From Hyphochytrium catenoides (lineage: Eukaryota > Protista > Hyphochytriomycota): 64,000 bases of DNA. Under the pieces are notes generated by a model. It had not been told where the DNA came from. It did not search any database and saw only the letters and a program-made list of their open reading frames with translations. Each line of letters starts with the position of its first letter. The stretch's first letter is position 1. The position numbers were made by a program, and so were the translations under genes. The stretch is from positions 1 to 64,000 of the forward strand of contig FLMG01003035.1 in the NCBI GenBank assembly GCA_900088475.1, in the 5' to 3' direction. Shown piece after piece: positions 61,468 to 64,000 of this stretch.

Positions 61468-64000
61468 CTATATATGGCGCGGGACAGAAGGAAACTGAGT
61501 AGGAGAGAGTAGACTAGGAGGATAACCCTCCAAGCAGAGAATTATGGCTCCATCTACTCTTAGTAGAGGGAGGAAGGCAGAAACGAGAAGTAGTTTTGGC
61601 TAAACTTACGCGGACTCTTGCTGCTTCGCTGGGATACAACGCCTGCGTCCGGTCTGCCACTGTGTCCTGCCTTGTGAACGTCGGTAAGGTGGAAGACACG
61701 GAGGCGAGAGACGCGACGGAGAGGCCTTTGCCTTGCTGCTGAAGCATCTGCAAACTCCTCCTTTCAGCGTCCACTACAGCTGCCGACGCCTCATTGAGGG
61801 AGATCGCACTCTCCTCAAAGTCCAAGAGAGGAGAGGAGAGCATCTGCGGCTGGGAGACGACGGAGGGCGGGACAAGGAAGAGAGGGACACGAAGCATCCC
61901 TAGAAGCTGCATTCTCCTAGGATCTGCTGTTATATCCTCCTCGTCAATTGGCAGAGCCTAAGGTGGCCTATTAGCACTATGGTGGATGTCTAGTGGCGAT
62001 GGAAGTGCTGACAAACCTCTGTTCTCACTGTGGGAGAAATGTCCTGCCTGTCCGTCACAGGGGATGAGGAAGAGACTCTTTCCTCCCCTTCCCCTCGCTC
62101 CTCATTTGCTCTGAGTTCTTCTAGTAGTTTCAGCTCTTTGATCATCTTCTTGCGCTTCAACAAGCGAACAATTGACTTCTGAAAGGCGACCCTTTTACAA
62201 AGAAAACGTTATGGAAAAAGCGGCTCTAAGGATCAAGGACTAAGCTTCAAAATGAGAAACGAGCAAGGGAGCCAGTGGGGAGAGTGAGACAAGAGCGGCA
62301 CTTTGTGGAAAAAAAGAACCCGCCAGTAGTACCAGTATATTAGGTAAGGGACCGTCACGGACGTCAGCGTGACGATCACTGCCAACTGCGCCGTCGTCCC
62401 ATTTAGGCGAAAGTAGAATGTCATGATGAGCTGGGGATCCAATGCGGCGACAGCGTTGCGCGTCATAGACCGCAACAATGGCCAAGTCGAGAGCAGGAGA
62501 AGATTTAGTAGAGCGAAAGAGAGAGAGAGAGAGAGAGAGAAAGAAAGAAGAGAAAGAGAAAGGTATTTAGGTCAGGTTTGGAAAACTCGGAGATGGAGGC
62601 TGAGGGAGACGAAGGAAAAGAAAGAGAGGAAGAGAGAAAAGTGGAAGAGGGGGGAGGGAGAGAGACCGAGAGATAGAGGAGAGACAGATGAGACAAGAGA
62701 GAGAGAGAAGAGAAAGAGAGAGACAGAGAAGAGAGGGAGAGAGAAGCAAAAGAGAGAAGGCGGAAGCAATAGTAGGCAAGCGCTCTTGCGCCCTCCTCCC
62801 TGCACACGCCAGTACCAGGGCGCGCTATAGAGCTGCAGAGCGCGGAAGACGTACCTCAAATAACAGGATCACCAAGACGACAATGTTATAAGTTGTCAGC
62901 AGAATGTCTCCTCTCCCAGGAGTGTACGGGTGGACATAGAGGAAGTTATACTTGTTCACATAGAACTTGATCCCAAAGTAGAAGGCCACGAAGGGCAGTA
63001 CAGCTGGCGTCAAGCAGCTGCTGCAAAGACCTATAGCGAAAACGCTGAAGACAGAGTGGTGGCTTAGAGAGCTGAGATGAAAAGGAAAGAGTAAAGGTAG
63101 CAACGGAAGGAAGGATTAGAGCAACCTACAGAAGAGAATCTGCAAAGTCCCAGCCGTAGAAGAACGGCCACGGTGCGTCTGCCTCCTCTCTATCCTTTGG
63201 CGTCAAAGATCGGAAGGTGATCCTAAACATCGGAGCAAGGAGCTTAAGAGTCATGCTGCCACCTAATGGCTATGCCTGTGGCCCACTTGGACGTTAACAT
63301 CTCTTGCCTTCCATTTCCTGCAGATTCTAGTCTAATCCTCTCTCGAGTAAGTCCTGCTTTCTACCTCTGCCGCTCTGTTGCCCTAATCCTCTCTCCCGCT
63401 ATGGATTCTGTCTGTCTGTCTCCCAGTCTCTGCCACATTTCCTCCGGTACGTAGGAATGAAGCTGACTATATATGTACCTACCACGGCTGATAAAAGAGC
63501 CGTTGACTTGCTCTTGTGAGCGTAAGGCCGTTCCCCATCAGAGCTCTGGAGGAAGTATTTAGAGATGGAGTGAGAGGAAGAGGTGCAGCTTCTTTCTATG
63601 CTTCGGTTTCCTTCTCACCTTTGTAGCACGAACGTGATGAAGTACGGTCCAATGTTGACGTAGACAAACTTGTTCAGCACTGACCCGCGGAAGGAATAGA
63701 ATTCCGAGTCAAATATGATCAAGAGAGAGGACGATCCCAAACTGTACATGACGTAGGTGCTCTTCAGGGCAAAGAGCGTATCCGAAAAGGTGGGATCAGA
63801 GAGAGAGAGTGTGCGACAGAGAGGGAGAAAGAGGTGTGTGAGGAAAAGAAAGAGTTTTCGCGTCAGCGCCTAACAGGTATCCATTGAGAGAATATAAGCT
63901 TACCAGGAAGAGGTACAGAAAGCCCTTGAGCATAATACTTCTCTCTTTCCCCGAATGACTTGAATGGGGCTCCCACATGCCGAAGTAGAAGAGCATCAGA
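61468..64000 (-). CDS. CSC1/OSCA/TMEM63-family mechanosensitive/osmosensitive channel, 3' part only (runs off the window)
   Basis: 'EPHSSHSGKERSIMLKGFLYLFL', 'YFITFVLQ|RALMGNGLTL' and 'PFFYGWDFA...VFAIGLCSSCLTPAVLPFVAFYFGIKFYVNKYNFLYVH' match the RSN1_7TM pattern. Tail exons end FPSVPRHI* at 61468. Confidence 0.85.

Noticed and set aside
807-64000. A functional gene cluster or operon-like pathway linking the 12 genes
   Set aside because: The functions are unrelated (cilia, checkpoint, chromatin, mitochondria, glucan, transport), and there is no shared pathway evidence beyond adjacency.

Overview
Intron-rich eukaryotic nuclear DNA from a flagellated protist. It is probably a stramenopile, inferred from the oomycete-type GH72 and the overall gene set. 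It has very abundant (CT)n/(GA)n microsatellites and four short N gaps. Most ORFs in the supplied track are microsatellite or antisense artefacts, and the real genes must be spliced together by hand. Twelve protein-coding genes can be reconstructed: a secreted chlorophyllase-like alpha/beta hydrolase (-), CFAP57/WDR65 (+), a SAPS/PP6R-like protein (-), an Mrc1/Claspin-like protein (+), a ubiquitin-like-domain protein (-), a PWWP-PHD-PHD/C5HCH-bromodomain chromatin reader (+), an ankyrin-CaaX protein (-), FOXRED1 (+), a CEP162-like protein (-), a membrane-anchored GH72 glucanosyltransferase (-), an intronless CAT-family amino acid transporter (+) and a 5'-truncated CSC1/OSCA/TMEM63 channel (-). 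Notable points: near-perfect strand alternation of genes, an NSD-like reader with no SET domain, an E2F+CHR-like element upstream of the Mrc1-like gene, GC-AG introns, a decayed BED-finger (hAT-like) relic, and recurrent 16-34 bp tandem duplications. No rRNA, tRNA, CRISPR array or intact mobile element was seen. I found no single clear-cut novel multi-gene system. All family assignments come from recognising motifs, not from database searches.
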